Below are positions 38,045-47,311 of a DNA stretch of 64,000 nt, in pieces; position 1 is the first letter of the stretch, and each line of letters begins with the position of its first letter. The stretch spans positions 26,577 through 90,576 of the forward strand of contig JBFGLM010000014.1 in the NCBI GenBank assembly GCA_041576165.1. The letters run 5' to 3'. A program made the translations under genes and the position numbers. The notes beneath the pieces are model-generated. The model ran no database searches and had not been told where the DNA came from. It saw nothing but the letters and a program-made list of their open reading frames with translations. The stretch is from Acidimicrobiia bacterium. Its GTDB lineage: Bacteria; Actinomycetota; Acidimicrobiia; Spongiisociales; Spongiisociaceae.

Positions 38045-39082
38045 TCACCGCTCTGATGTTCTTCCCGTCAGTCTGGTGTGACGCAGATAGTCATCAATCA
38101 ACCTCTCGAGTTCGGCCCCGTCCGCTGCAACCCGCACGTTGATTGTCTGGAAGTACAACGGAAGGTCCTTCAGCCGCGCCGGGTCCATCGTGTAGACGAG
38201 TGGGGCCAGGCCTTTGCCCCGCGCGTAGCCCACCTCATACATCACGTTCTCATTCAGCTGGGTGACATCGGCGATGACGGCCGTGGCGGCCTCAACCGCA
38301 TCGATGAAGTTTGTGAAGATGGCGTCACTCGATGGGACCTGGTCGAGCCGTACCGGGGTCATCCGGTGCGAGATCGCCGGTTCGATTGTGGAGGCGTAGA
38401 GCTCATCGTGCTGCGTGTCGTACGGCAGGAGAACGAGACACCGGCCGACCTTGGCGGTCTGCAGCAATGCAACCACGGCGGCTGCCGCGTCGGTCGGGGT
38501 CGAGCGGATCGTTTCGCGCACCCGGCGGAGGCAAGTCTCGAGTTCGCCATCGGCGAATTGCCGCTCAACGTGGTCGCGATACGCCCTCAGGAGTCTTTTC
38601 GACCGGCCCTTTTCAGTTGGTATCGGCAAGAGCGGGGTCCCGAGCTCGATGGCCTGTTCCCCGACCAGCTCCGTATGTGTACCGCCTGAAATCGTCACCA
38701 CGATGTCGGCCTCCCGGACCATGGTGAGGCGCCGGCCCAGTGCGGTGCGGCCGGCCAACCGGCGGACCCCGATGCCAGCGTCCTCTGTCATCCGGCGTGC
38801 CCCGTCGAGATCGGGCCGCTTCTCCAGAACGGTCCCGGGTATCCAGGCCTCGTATACATCCTGGAGGTCGACTCCGTGGGACTCCGCATATCGCCGGGCG
38901 CCGTCCAGAGCGGCCGAATCGGTCGAGATGACGTGCGGTCGCTTGCTGCTGTGGAGGAATCCTCCGGTCAGGATCTTCGCGTGCATTCGCGAGAGGATCT
39001 CGAAGGCCAGGGCGGAAACGAAATCTGGGGGCATCCCCTGCAGGTCAGTGCCTCCGTAGAGGCAGACTCGCGTCCTACGCAT
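38045..39082 (-). CDS. SLOG domain fused to nucleoside 2-deoxyribosyltransferase-like (TIR-like fold) domain
   Basis: N-half VCLYGG..ILTGG..D..ALDGA..RRLTMVREADIVVTISGG..LLPIP..G; C-half CLVLLPY..RLD..VIADVTQLNENVMYEVGYARG..LP. Confidence 0.7.
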   Translation of the reverse strand: MRRTRVCLYGGTDLQGMPPDFVSALAFEILSRMHAKILTGGFLHSSKRPHVISTDSAALDGARRYAESHGVDLQDVYEAWIPGTVLEKRPDLDGARRMTEDAGIGVRRLAGRTALGRRLTMVREADIVVTISGGTHTELVGEQAIELGTPLLPIPTEKGRSKRLLRAYRDHVERQFADGELETCLRRVRETIRSTPTDAAAAVVALLQTAKVGRCLVLLPYDTQHDELYASTIEPAISHRMTPVRLDQVPSSDAIFTNFIDAVEAATAVIADVTQLNENVMYEVGYARGKGLAPLVYTMDPARLKDLPLYFQTINVRVAADGAELERLIDDYLRHTRLTGRTSER

Positions 39083-39175
39083 GATCACCAGTCAGCCGAT
39101 TGGATGTCGCGAGCCTACGCAGTTTCGATTGTCATGGACGCGACACAGCTCGATCACTCGCGACTGTCCGACAGC

Positions 39176-39820
39176 TCAGGCCCTGGCCCACCTGCGGCGG
39201 CGATGGGTCCCCACCGCCCAGATTCCCAATGTGTCGTGCCATGTCCGAGGCCGCCGGTGCCGGCCGTGCCCGGCAATCACGACCGGATCGTGGTCGCGCC
39301 ACGGATCGAACCGTGGATTGGTGGCCCAGCGACTAGCCCACACCGCGGCCACCATCCCGGTCGAGAACCACCCGAGCAGGCACCAGGCTCCCTCCTGTCG
39401 CCAAACGATTGGATGACCGATCAGCGGGACCAGCAGCCGACCGGCGCTCTCGATATCTGCGGGGGAGACGAGCGCCGGGTCCCGAACCCGGTTGGCGTCG
39501 CCGCGGGTCGAATAGGCCCCTCCTTCTCGCAGCCCGGCGATTCGGTGCGTGACCCGGGTGCCGTTGTGGTTGCGGAACGTGATGACCGTTCCGACGCCCA
39601 GCTGCGCGCCGTCGTGAGGGGGCCCGACCACGATGTCGCCCCGTGCGATCGTCGGTGCCATCGAGTGAGAGGAGATGACCGACGCCACCCACCCGGCTAC
39701 GACCGGCAAGGCGACGGCCGCTACGAGGAGGAACAGTGCCACGTGGACCACAAACAGCGACAGGAGCCCCGCGTAGAAGCGGAGCTCCTTGATCGCTTGT
39801 GACGGCGGGCGAGCGTGCAT
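39176..39820 (-). CDS. sipW: Signal peptidase I, S26B/SipW type
   Basis: ISSHSMAPTI..GD, VTHRI, TRGDAN..D, VPLIG. Confidence 0.85.
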   Translation of the reverse strand: MHARPPSQAIKELRFYAGLLSLFVVHVALFLLVAAVALPVVAGWVASVISSHSMAPTIARGDIVVGPPHDGAQLGVGTVITFRNHNGTRVTHRIAGLREGGAYSTRGDANRVRDPALVSPADIESAGRLLVPLIGHPIVWRQEGAWCLLGWFSTGMVAAVWASRWATNPRFDPWRDHDPVVIAGHGRHRRPRTWHDTLGIWAVGTHRRRRWARA

Positions 39821-39824
39821 GTTC

Positions 39825-40388
39825 CTAGACGCTGGTCCCGTCCCAGACGAAGTCGGCTGTGACCGACTTGCCGAAGGGGTCGGCGACGATAGGCACCGTG
39901 ATGTCGAATTTGACCCGGCGATACGTCCCAGCCGTCATCGGCAAATGCGTTGTAGTCGCGGCGGGAGTCAGCGTGTCGAGCGCACCCGTGAAGACCGGAG
40001 TACCCCCGACAAAGCCCGTGCAATCTCCGAACGTGTCCGACGCCGAACCGGTTGTCTCGGTGACGGTCACCAGCACGTCCTTTGCCAGATCATCGGTGTT
40101 GTCCACGAGATTGGCACCGAGGTCGGGCGTGAAGGTCGACGGACCGTTGTAGTAGAGCGTGATGCACGACGACACGATGTCGCCGGGAACGAGGTTGGTG
40201 ACCGAGAACATGGGGATGTTCCCGTCGTTGTCGGTGAAGACCCCATTGGTCACCGCCACCGAGTTGCCCGGGTTGGTCGTCTGACCGGTGAAGGCGGCGC
40301 GCGAGCCGGTGATGATGAGCAGGGACACGACCATGAGCGCGACCACAGCCGAAGCTGACCGGGCGATACCGGCGCGTGTCGTTGTCAA
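39825..40388 (-). CDS. TasA/camelysin-like secreted fibre protein with SipW-cognate signal peptide
   Basis: SRAAFTGQTTNPGNSV after hydrophobic helix; NLVPGD..CITLYYNG; TTG after GGGAGG (ATG 40412 alternative); adjacent to sipW. Confidence 0.75.
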   Translation of the reverse strand: MTTTRAGIARSASAVVALMVVSLLIITGSRAAFTGQTTNPGNSVAVTNGVFTDNDGNIPMFSVTNLVPGDIVSSCITLYYNGPSTFTPDLGANLVDNTDDLAKDVLVTVTETTGSASDTFGDCTGFVGGTPVFTGALDTLTPAATTTHLPMTAGTYRRVKFDITVPIVADPFGKSVTADFVWDGTSV

Positions 40389-40420
40389 TTGACCTCCCAG
40401 TCCTTGACGCATTGAGAGTG

Positions 40421-40448
40421 ATATCGACTACCGAAAGTGGTTTCTTGA
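40421..40448 (-). promoter_or_regulatory. Candidate sigma-28 (FliA/WhiG-type) promoter
   Basis: Minus strand TCAAG-N15-GTCGATAT, resembling the TAAA-N15-GCCGATAA consensus. Confidence 0.5.
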
Positions 40449-40455
40449 AAGCGAA

Positions 40456-40676
40456 TCAGCTCGGGACAGTCCGGTTGGCCACCGGATGGTCCGGCATGCA
40501 CAGTTCTTCGATCGGCATCTCAAAAAGTGCCGCCAGCTTGAAGGCGAGCGGCAGGCTGGGGTCGTACCGGCCGTTCTCGATGGGTTGACCGTCTGCCGGG
40601 AAACACCGAGTGCGTCGCCAAGTCTGCTCTGACTCCATCCCCGGCCTGAGCGGAGTTCCCGGATCCGGTTCTTCAC
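40456..40676 (-). pseudogene. Small XRE HTH regulator, frameshifted
   Basis: VKNRIRELR..WSQSRLGDALGVSRQTVN then 1-nt deletion near 40583 before IENGRYDPSLPLAFKLA. Confidence 0.85.
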
Positions 40677-41054
40677 AGCGTTCGCCGCGAGGCCAGGGCG
40701 CTCCCCACCAGCCAGGCCAGCATGCCGTTTGCGCAGATGATCCATGGCCGGACCCGTCGGCCTCGAGCCCGGCCAGCGCCAGGAATCCGAACGTGATGGC
40801 GGTGATCATCGCGACGCCAAGACCCGTCGCCATGCCGCTGAGCTGGATTTGGCGCTGCAGCTCGTCCACCCGCTGGAGGTGGCGCACGATCGCCAGACAA
40901 CCCCACATCGCCGGGATCAGCGGGGCCAGCGCAACGCCGAGCTTCCAGCGCCACCGGTGTCAAAGTCAACCAGCACGAAGATGGTGGCCAGGACCGCGGC
41001 ATATCCGATCACGGCTGGCAGGAACTCGCGGAGGTACGTCTGACCGGTCTGCAC
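40673..41054 (-). pseudogene. Small membrane protein with at least two frameshifts
   Basis: YLREFLPAVIGYAAVL / LAPLIPAMWG..RVDELQRQIQL..TFGFL / PWIICANGMLAW are separated by frameshifts; GTGA overlap with HTH gene. Confidence 0.75.
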
Positions 41055-41099
41055 CTCGAAGGTTCACGACGCGAATGTAAACCTCGTTTCTTTCCATTA

Positions 41100-41117
41100 T
41101 GTCAAGGATGCTTTCCA
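41100..41117. promoter_or_regulatory. Candidate operator of the small HTH regulator
   Basis: Imperfect palindrome TGTCAAGGATGCTTTCCA upstream of the pseudogene pair. Confidence 0.4.
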
Positions 41118-41145
41118 GCAGTAACGGCGCTCTAGGGTGCGGGCG

Positions 41146-42174
41146 ATGTTCGACCATCCCGAGTACGACGGTCACGAGTCGGTCACCTACGTATCCGAGC
41201 GGGCATCCGGACTCCACGCCATCATCGCCATCCATTCGACGGTGTTGGGGCCGGCTGGCGGAGGGGTGCGCATGTTCGATTACGAGCGCACTGACCTCGC
41301 CCTCACCGACGCGCTCCGGCTCTCGAAAGGCATGACCTACAAAGCGGCAATGAGCGACTTGCCCTTCGGCGGCGGCAAGGCGGTTGTCATCGGCGACCCG
41401 GCCAGAAAGACCGATCGCCAGTTTGAGGCGTTGGGCGATGCGATCGAGGCACTCGGCGGCAGGTACTTCTGTGGAGAAGATGTCGGGACGACCCCAGACG
41501 ACATGGCAGTCATACATCGCCGCACCTCGTACGTGGTGGGTCTCCCGGGCAAGACAGGCGACCCGTCTCCGGCGACGGCGGAGGGGGTCTACGTGTCGAT
41601 CCTGGCCGCGGTGGCCCATGTATTCGGCAGCAGCGACCTCCGCAATCGACATGTGGCCGTCCAGGGCCTGGGCAACGTGGGTGCCCGCCTGGTTGAATTG
41701 CTGGCCGGAGCTGGTGCCCGGCTCACGGTCGCCGATCTCGATACCAGCAAAGTCGACAGAGCCCGGGCGCGTTTTGGCGCGGCGGCAGCGGCGCCGGAAG
41801 CGATCCACAAGGTGGCGGCAGCTGTGTTCAGCCCATGTGCATTGGGGGCGGTGGTCAACGACTCGACCGTTGACGAGATCGGCGCCCGCATCATCTGCGG
41901 CAGTGCCAACAACCAGCTGGCGACCCCTCAGCACGGCCGGCTGCTGCACGAACGCGGGGTTGTATATGTGCCGGACTACGTGGCGAGCGTCGGTGGAGCG
42001 ATCTCGGCGATGCGGGAGCGAATCGATTACGTCGAGGGCGAGTACAAACGCCGTATCGCCGGAGTAGGCGAGCGGGTCAGGCAGCTGCTCGAGCGATCAG
42101 TGACTGCCGGCGAACCTCCTGCGCAGGCGGCTGATGCGATCGCCCGTTCGATCGTGGAAGCCGCCCACGGCTGA
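41146..42174 (+). CDS. Glu/Leu/Phe/Val dehydrogenase (leucine/valine dehydrogenase-like)
   Basis: IAIHSTVLGPAGGGVR, LSKGMTYKAA, GGGKAVVIG, GEDVGT, QGLGNVG, GSANNQL. Confidence 0.93.
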   Translation: MFDHPEYDGHESVTYVSERASGLHAIIAIHSTVLGPAGGGVRMFDYERTDLALTDALRLSKGMTYKAAMSDLPFGGGKAVVIGDPARKTDRQFEALGDAIEALGGRYFCGEDVGTTPDDMAVIHRRTSYVVGLPGKTGDPSPATAEGVYVSILAAVAHVFGSSDLRNRHVAVQGLGNVGARLVELLAGAGARLTVADLDTSKVDRARARFGAAAAAPEAIHKVAAAVFSPCALGAVVNDSTVDEIGARIICGSANNQLATPQHGRLLHERGVVYVPDYVASVGGAISAMRERIDYVEGEYKRRIAGVGERVRQLLERSVTAGEPPAQAADAIARSIVEAAHG

Positions 42175-42190
42175 AGGCTCTTCGCGTTGG

Positions 42191-42925
42191 CTAGGTACTG
42201 AGGACGACGCCAAAGCCGCGCGCCGCCAACTCCAGCACGACGTACCGCGGCTCTATGAGGTCTTCGACCCGTCGCCGGGAGAGCTCACCCAGCTCGGAGA
42301 TCCGAGCCGTGTAGCTGCCGTCACGGCGGGCATGTGACAGGATCCGGGCGTTGGCCCAGACCTTGGCGCGCGCTTCCTTCAGGAAGCGCTTGGTGCCGAG
42401 CCGGTTGAACGGTGTGAGCAGCCGGTCGACTAGCGTCCGGTCTCCCGGCTGTTCCACCTTCTCCAGCTGTTTGTCTTCTGCCGCGACCCGGGATGCGAGG
42501 ATGTCGTCGATGCGCCGGTGATCGACCTCCCGCCGCCCGATCACGCCCGGGTCATCGAACTCGGCGTCGGTGATGACGGCGACCAAGGCTTGGGGGAGGT
42601 CGTAGTTGATGTGAGCGTTCATACCAAGGAGGACCATCCGCAGCGGTGGCAGGCGGGTTTCGTCGCTCGCCGTGAACGCCACTTCCCATGGGCCCGGGGC
42701 AGTGGTGTCGGCGGTCCACTCCTCGAGGGCCTCGAGGTAGAGCTCGGCGAACACGACGTCCCAGCGTTCGACCCAATCCGGGTCGAGGAAGACTCCGTCC
42801 GCCAGGGCCTCGCCAACTGCGATGGTGGTGCGCAGGTAGGTGTCGTGAAAGTACCGCCGCGGGTCGGCTGGTGCGAAGTCCCCGGATCTGTCCTGCATAT
42901 CGGCAATGACCGTCTCGAGGCTCAT
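42191..42925 (-). CDS. DUF5995-like protein
   Basis: F...YLRTT, FLDPDWVERWDVVFAELYL, LGMNAHINYDLPQAL, DHRRIDDIL. Confidence 0.8.
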   Translation of the reverse strand: MSLETVIADMQDRSGDFAPADPRRYFHDTYLRTTIAVGEALADGVFLDPDWVERWDVVFAELYLEALEEWTADTTAPGPWEVAFTASDETRLPPLRMVLLGMNAHINYDLPQALVAVITDAEFDDPGVIGRREVDHRRIDDILASRVAAEDKQLEKVEQPGDRTLVDRLLTPFNRLGTKRFLKEARAKVWANARILSHARRDGSYTARISELGELSRRRVEDLIEPRYVVLELAARGFGVVLST

Positions 42926-42988
42926 GAGGTCCAGCCTAGATTCACCACTCGCCGATCGGTCCCTCTCGCCTTTGGGCCCCGTCCTGGC

Positions 42989-43801
42989 TCACGAGAACTC
43001 GGCGTTCGATGACTCCCTCGCACGAAAATACTGCTCGGTGGCGTCGTCGGCCGGGAAGAAGAGTTCGATGACTAGCTCCTGAATCGTTATGTCCCGGGGC
43101 GAGCCAATGGTCGCGAGGGTCGAGAACATTTTGATTTCGATCGTCCCTCGGCGCATATGCAGCGGCAGGACGAAGTCCGCCGACCGCTCGACGTCGCCGG
43201 TGGTGCGCTCGCCGACCCCGAGCATTGCCGTCGCCTCCTCGATCAGCTCTTGGAGGTGGGCGTCGGCCGGATCGGCGATCAGCTCCCGTCGCAGCCGGAC
43301 CGCGGTCGCGGCGGCCAGCTCCTCCAGATTCACGATGTGCTGGCCCAAGCCGGTCGGGTGCGTGAACAGACGGAGCAAGTTCCCGCCCGCCGCCTCGATC
43401 GACTCGGGGGAAGCCCACTCGAGCGTGAACGTAGTGGCCGCCTGGTTGGCCCGGACCAAGTTCCAGTGGCGGTCGAGGGCCACGGCCGGGTATGGGTCGT
43501 GGCGCTCCAGCATCAGATCGATCGCCCGCTTCACCGAGGCCATCTCGGGATCCTCCAGCGCCGTTTCCTGATATTGAGGCGCAAAACCGGCGGCATGGAG
43601 CAGGACGTTGCGCTCGCGGAGTGGCACGTCCAGGCCCTCGGCCAGATGAAGCACGAGTTCGCGGCTCGGTTTGGACTTGCCGGTTTCCACGAACGAGAGG
43701 TGTCGCTGGGATACCCCGGTTGCCTCGGCGAGTGCCAGCTGGCTCAAGCGTCGATGCTCCCGCCACTCCTTGAGCAGGGGGCCGATTGGTCGGGTCGCCA
43801 T
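42989..43801 (-). CDS. XRE HTH regulator with MmyB-like ligand-binding domain
   Basis: LLKEWREHRRLSQLALA..SQRHLSFVETGKSKPSRE, PYPAVALDRHWN, DITIQELVIELFFPAD. Confidence 0.9.
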   Translation of the reverse strand: MATRPIGPLLKEWREHRRLSQLALAEATGVSQRHLSFVETGKSKPSRELVLHLAEGLDVPLRERNVLLHAAGFAPQYQETALEDPEMASVKRAIDLMLERHDPYPAVALDRHWNLVRANQAATTFTLEWASPESIEAAGGNLLRLFTHPTGLGQHIVNLEELAAATAVRLRRELIADPADAHLQELIEEATAMLGVGERTTGDVERSADFVLPLHMRRGTIEIKMFSTLATIGSPRDITIQELVIELFFPADDATEQYFRARESSNAEFS

Positions 43802-43907
43802 ACACCCAAATGTACCGACCTCCTCGCTGCGTGACGATGACCTGTCAGGTAATTGCAGTCATGACCCGCCGACCGCACGATGGGGTTGAGCTTCTGAGGA
43901 GGAACGC

Positions 43908-44315
43908 ATGACAGCCACGACCGCGTCGATCGATGCAATACTGCGCCGCGTCTTGCAGGCCAACGCGGCGTTCAGCCTGGCATCGGGGCTCGCTTTGGTG
44001 CTCGCCGCCGGTCCGCTGGCGGGCTTCAGTGGTATCGAGCCGATCGTTCTACGAGCCGTCGGCATCGGGCTCCTCCCATGGGCAGCCTTCGTTTTCCACA
44101 CTTCCCGGCGTGCCGCGTTGCGCCGTCGCGAGGTGCTCGTCGTGATCGCCGGCGATCTCGCCTGGGTGGCCGGAACGATCATCCTCGCTCTTGCAGCATT
44201 CTCAGCATTCACGGTGGCCGGACTGATCACGTTGTTGGTGCTGGGCGCCATCGTCGCCGACTTGGCCGCAGCACAAATCATCGGGTTGCGGCGGATGGGT
44301 GCGGAGGGCAGCTGA
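43908..44315 (+). CDS. Four-helix integral membrane protein, divergent from regulator
   Basis: LRRVLQANAAFS, four hydrophobic segments, DLAWVAGT; GAGGAGG RBS. Confidence 0.8.
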   Translation: MTATTASIDAILRRVLQANAAFSLASGLALVLAAGPLAGFSGIEPIVLRAVGIGLLPWAAFVFHTSRRAALRRREVLVVIAGDLAWVAGTIILALAAFSAFTVAGLITLLVLGAIVADLAAAQIIGLRRMGAEGS

Positions 44316-44317
44316 CG

Positions 44318-44737
44318 TCAGGCGGTACGGCGGGCGCGTTTGTCGCGCAACAGCGCAAGCAGCGCCAGCGCATATGCGTCCGGGGCGGAGCCGGCGGTCT
44401 CGTGGCTCTCCCGGCCTTCGAGCCGGAACGTGCACCGGTAGCCATCGATGGTTTGATCCAGACGGACGAATGCCTCGCCCACGGCGTCGCGGAGCTGGGA
44501 TTCAGTCGGCAGCCACACAACATCCTCCGACAGAATCCAGTCGAGCGACCACTCGACCGCGCCGTTGAACGTGATCGCGCGAAGCGGACCGAATTCGTGG
44601 ATTTCGGTCGAGAGATCGTTGATCGCAAAGATCTGCCCGTCGAGGTCCCGGTCGGGGATCGCAAAGCGATCGTGCTCCCGGGGCTCCCATACGAGGCCTG
44701 CTTCTTGAAGCTCTCGTGCCAGTTCGAGTGAAACCAC
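44318..44737 (-). CDS. Conserved actinobacterial hypothetical protein
   Basis: SLELARELQEAGLVWEP..DRF, FNGAVEWSLD, WLPTESQLR; TAGCCT 7 nt before GTG. Confidence 0.8.
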   Translation of the reverse strand: MVSLELARELQEAGLVWEPREHDRFAIPDRDLDGQIFAINDLSTEIHEFGPLRAITFNGAVEWSLDWILSEDVVWLPTESQLRDAVGEAFVRLDQTIDGYRCTFRLEGRESHETAGSAPDAYALALLALLRDKRARRTA

Positions 44738-44813
44738 AGACCGGAGGCTACCTGGTCGCGGCCTGTGTATGAGCCCGATACCATGCCCGGTTCCCGACTG
44801 CGGAGGCCACCGG

Positions 44814-45320
44814 ATGCCGATGAGTGACACGCTCGCTGGTGCGTACAACGACCAGATATCCCTCGAATTCTCGTCGTCGCACACCTACCTGCAGCTGGCT
44901 GCCTACTTCTCGACTCAGAGCCTCACCGGCTTCGAGGCGTGGATGCGGACTCAGGCGGAGGAGGAGCGGGCACACGCCGTGAAATTCTTCGACTTTGTGC
45001 TCGACCGGGGCAACCAGGTGCGGCTGGGCCCCATCGAGGCGCCGGGAGCTGTCCCGGGCAGCCCGCTGGAGGCGTTTGAGTTGGCACTACGCCAGGAACA
45101 GGATGTCACCGCCAGTATCGGCGAGCTGCTCAATCTCGCTCAGCGGGAGGGAGACGCCGCCTCCTACCCACTGCTGCAGTGGTTCATGAACGAGCAGGTG
45201 GAAGAGGAGTCGACGGTCGGCGAGATCGTCGATCAGTTGCGGTTCGCGAACGGCAACCCAGCTGCGATCCTCATGCTCGATCGCGAGTACGCCACCCGGG
45301 AGCCGGCCCCGCCGGCCTGA
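44814..45320 (+). CDS. Non-heme ferritin
   Basis: NDQISLEF, QAEEERAHA, LRQEQDVT, LQWFMNEQVEEE; GGAGG RBS. Confidence 0.93.
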   Translation: MPMSDTLAGAYNDQISLEFSSSHTYLQLAAYFSTQSLTGFEAWMRTQAEEERAHAVKFFDFVLDRGNQVRLGPIEAPGAVPGSPLEAFELALRQEQDVTASIGELLNLAQREGDAASYPLLQWFMNEQVEEESTVGEIVDQLRFANGNPAAILMLDREYATREPAPPA

Positions 45321-45463
45321 ACACGCGCGCCAATCGACCATCACCCCGAGCCCGGGTAACGAACGCATGCCACCAACCGGGCGCGAAAACGCCGGCTCGC
45401 GGACGCGTTGTGATCACACGGGTGCCGCAACGCAGGGCCCAACGCTGCTGCGCGCTCTGAGGT

Positions 45464-46609
45464 TCACAACCCTTCCGTGATCTGGGCCCAGGCCGCCGAG
45501 TCCGGATCGATGAGATCCATGTGATCGACCCCATCGAGCCACATGGTCTCGACATCGTCGCCGGCCCGTGCCGCGCGTTCGGCATATGACCGGCTCACCT
45601 GCTGCGGGACGTCCTCGTCATGGGACCCGTGGACGATCAGCTGCGGTACCCCTACCGGAACTTGTTCGATCGGTGAGGCCGCAGGAATTACCGTGGTCGC
45701 CTCGGTGCCAAGGAACCGATGGGGTCCGTTCTGCGGATCTTCTGGATCGTGGAGCGCCGCCAGATCCAACACTCCGGCTAGCGAAACAACGCGGCTGGGC
45801 GAGATCCGCTCACTTCGGGTTGCCGCCAGCAAGGCCAGTAGGGCCCCCGCGGAATGCCCGATGAGTGTCACGTTGCCCGGGTCGCACGGTGATGTCATCG
45901 CGATCTCGGAAACGTGGTCGAGCGCAGCAACTGCGTCCGCCAGCGTGGACCGCCATCCTCCAATCGGAGGTATCCGCCGGTACTCGACGTTCCAGGTCGC
46001 GTAGCCGCGCCGGGAGAGGTCGACGGCCATCCCGTCCATCAGGTCGCGGGTCCAGAGGTCGCGCCAGTAGCCACCATGGAAGAGAACGACCAGCGGCCGG
46101 GTTTCTGTCCCCGGCGGGACGCGCAAGTCGCCGACCTGGTCGGAGTGGGCGCCGTACGCCAGCGTCGAGAACGGCAGCGCTGCCCGATGGACGAGATGCC
46201 ACATTGCCCACCGATAGCCCTCCACGCCCCGGCCGAAGATCTGTTACACGGCGGCGGGCTCGATCACGCTGCGGGCCCGGTACGGTTCCCGATCCCGGAT
46301 ATTGGAGATGTGGACCTCGACGGTGGGGATGCGGGACGCGGCGACGGCATCGGCGATCGCGTAGGAAGTATGGGCGAACGCACCAGGGTTGAGCACGATC
46401 CCGTCGAACCCGGCGCCGGCCTCTTGGATCGCGTCGATGATTGCACCCTCGTGGTTGGTCTGGACGGTCTCGACCTCCACGCCGAGCCGGTCACCCCACG
46501 CAGCACAACCTTGATCGAGCCCCGGCAACGTGAGGGTCCCGTAGATGGAAGGCTCCCTGATCCCCAGCAGGTTCAGATTCGGCCCGTGGATCACCAGAAT
46601 ACGCCGCAC
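45464..46609 (-). pseudogene. aroQ: Type II 3-dehydroquinate dehydratase fused to alpha/beta hydrolase, interrupted by in-frame TAA at 46244-46246
   Basis: HGPNLNLLG.REP.IYG, NPGAF.H.S, VEVHISNI..RE; same frame continues *QIFGRGVEGYRWAM into HGGYW..GHSAG..HG..D..H hydrolase. Confidence 0.8.
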
Positions 46610-46695
46610 CGGGCGGAGGTTACCGCTGGCGGGTCAGTCGTCGACTGGGCCTTATTCACCATCAGCGGTTACCGTTCCTGAATCGCCCCGATCGA

Positions 46696-46724
46696 TAAAC
46701 CTTCTTCGACCCCCGAACGAGTGT
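46696..46724 (+). promoter_or_regulatory. Candidate autoregulatory ECF promoter TAAACC-N16-CGAGTGT
   Basis: ~55 nt upstream of the ECF sigma start; matching copy at 21654-21683. Confidence 0.55.
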
Positions 46725-46777
46725 ACGGGTGAACACACGACAGCGATCAAGGCGGGGTCGAAGTCCAGCACGGAGCC

Positions 46778-47311
46778 GTGATGAGCAAGGCCCAGAGCGA
46801 CCACCCAGGGGTGGTGACGCTTCCGGAGGACTTTGATTCCTTCTACCAGCGGGAGTTCCGTTCGGTGGTTGCCCTCGCGTATGCCCTGTCAGGGAGCCGC
46901 ATCGCGGCTGAGGATTTGGCGCAGGAGGCGTTTATTGCAGCACATCAGCAGTGGGACCGGGTGGGCCGATACGAGGCCCCAGGAGCCTGGGTTCGACGTG
47001 TTGTGTCCAACAAATCGGTTTCGTTGTTCCGCAAGCGGACCTCGGAGGCCAAGGCCTTGTCCCGCATCGGCCTCGGCCGCCAGGAAGCAATCCGGGAACT
47101 GGATGAACCCTCAGATGAGTTCTGGGATATGGTGCGAGACCTTCCCAAACGGCAGGCCCAGGCGGTGGCCTTGCATTACCTGGAGGACCGGCCGATCGCC
47201 GAGGTCGCTGAGATCCTCGAATGTTCGGAAAGCACTGCGAAAGTGCATCTACACAAGGCACGAAAGACGCTCGCCAAGCGTCTCAAGACCATGGACCGTG
47301 ATCTGATATGA
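46778..47311 (+). CDS. ECF sigma factor (actinobacterial SigE-like family)
   Basis: FDSFYQRE..LAYALSGS..AEDLAQEAF..W, AWVRRVVSN, LPKRQAQAVALHYLED..EVAEIL..STAKVHLHKAR. Confidence 0.93.
   Translation: MMSKAQSDHPGVVTLPEDFDSFYQREFRSVVALAYALSGSRIAAEDLAQEAFIAAHQQWDRVGRYEAPGAWVRRVVSNKSVSLFRKRTSEAKALSRIGLGRQEAIRELDEPSDEFWDMVRDLPKRQAQAVALHYLEDRPIAEVAEILECSESTAKVHLHKARKTLAKRLKTMDRDLI

Noticed and set aside
44318-44737. Link to the Tad pilus via the common 'CpaE' label for this family
   Set aside because: No receiver or MinD/ParA ATPase motifs in the sequence; the label is unsupported
46244-46246. Stop-codon reassignment or programmed readthrough at the aroQ TAA
   Set aside because: Single instance; TAA terminates other genes here (e.g. 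the DUF427 gene) and no recoding signal is visible; mutation or base-call error is simpler
46729-46836. Out-of-frame GTG uORF at the predicted TSS of the ECF sigma gene
   Set aside because: Low-complexity product with no independent support; GTG is frequent by chance at this GC content
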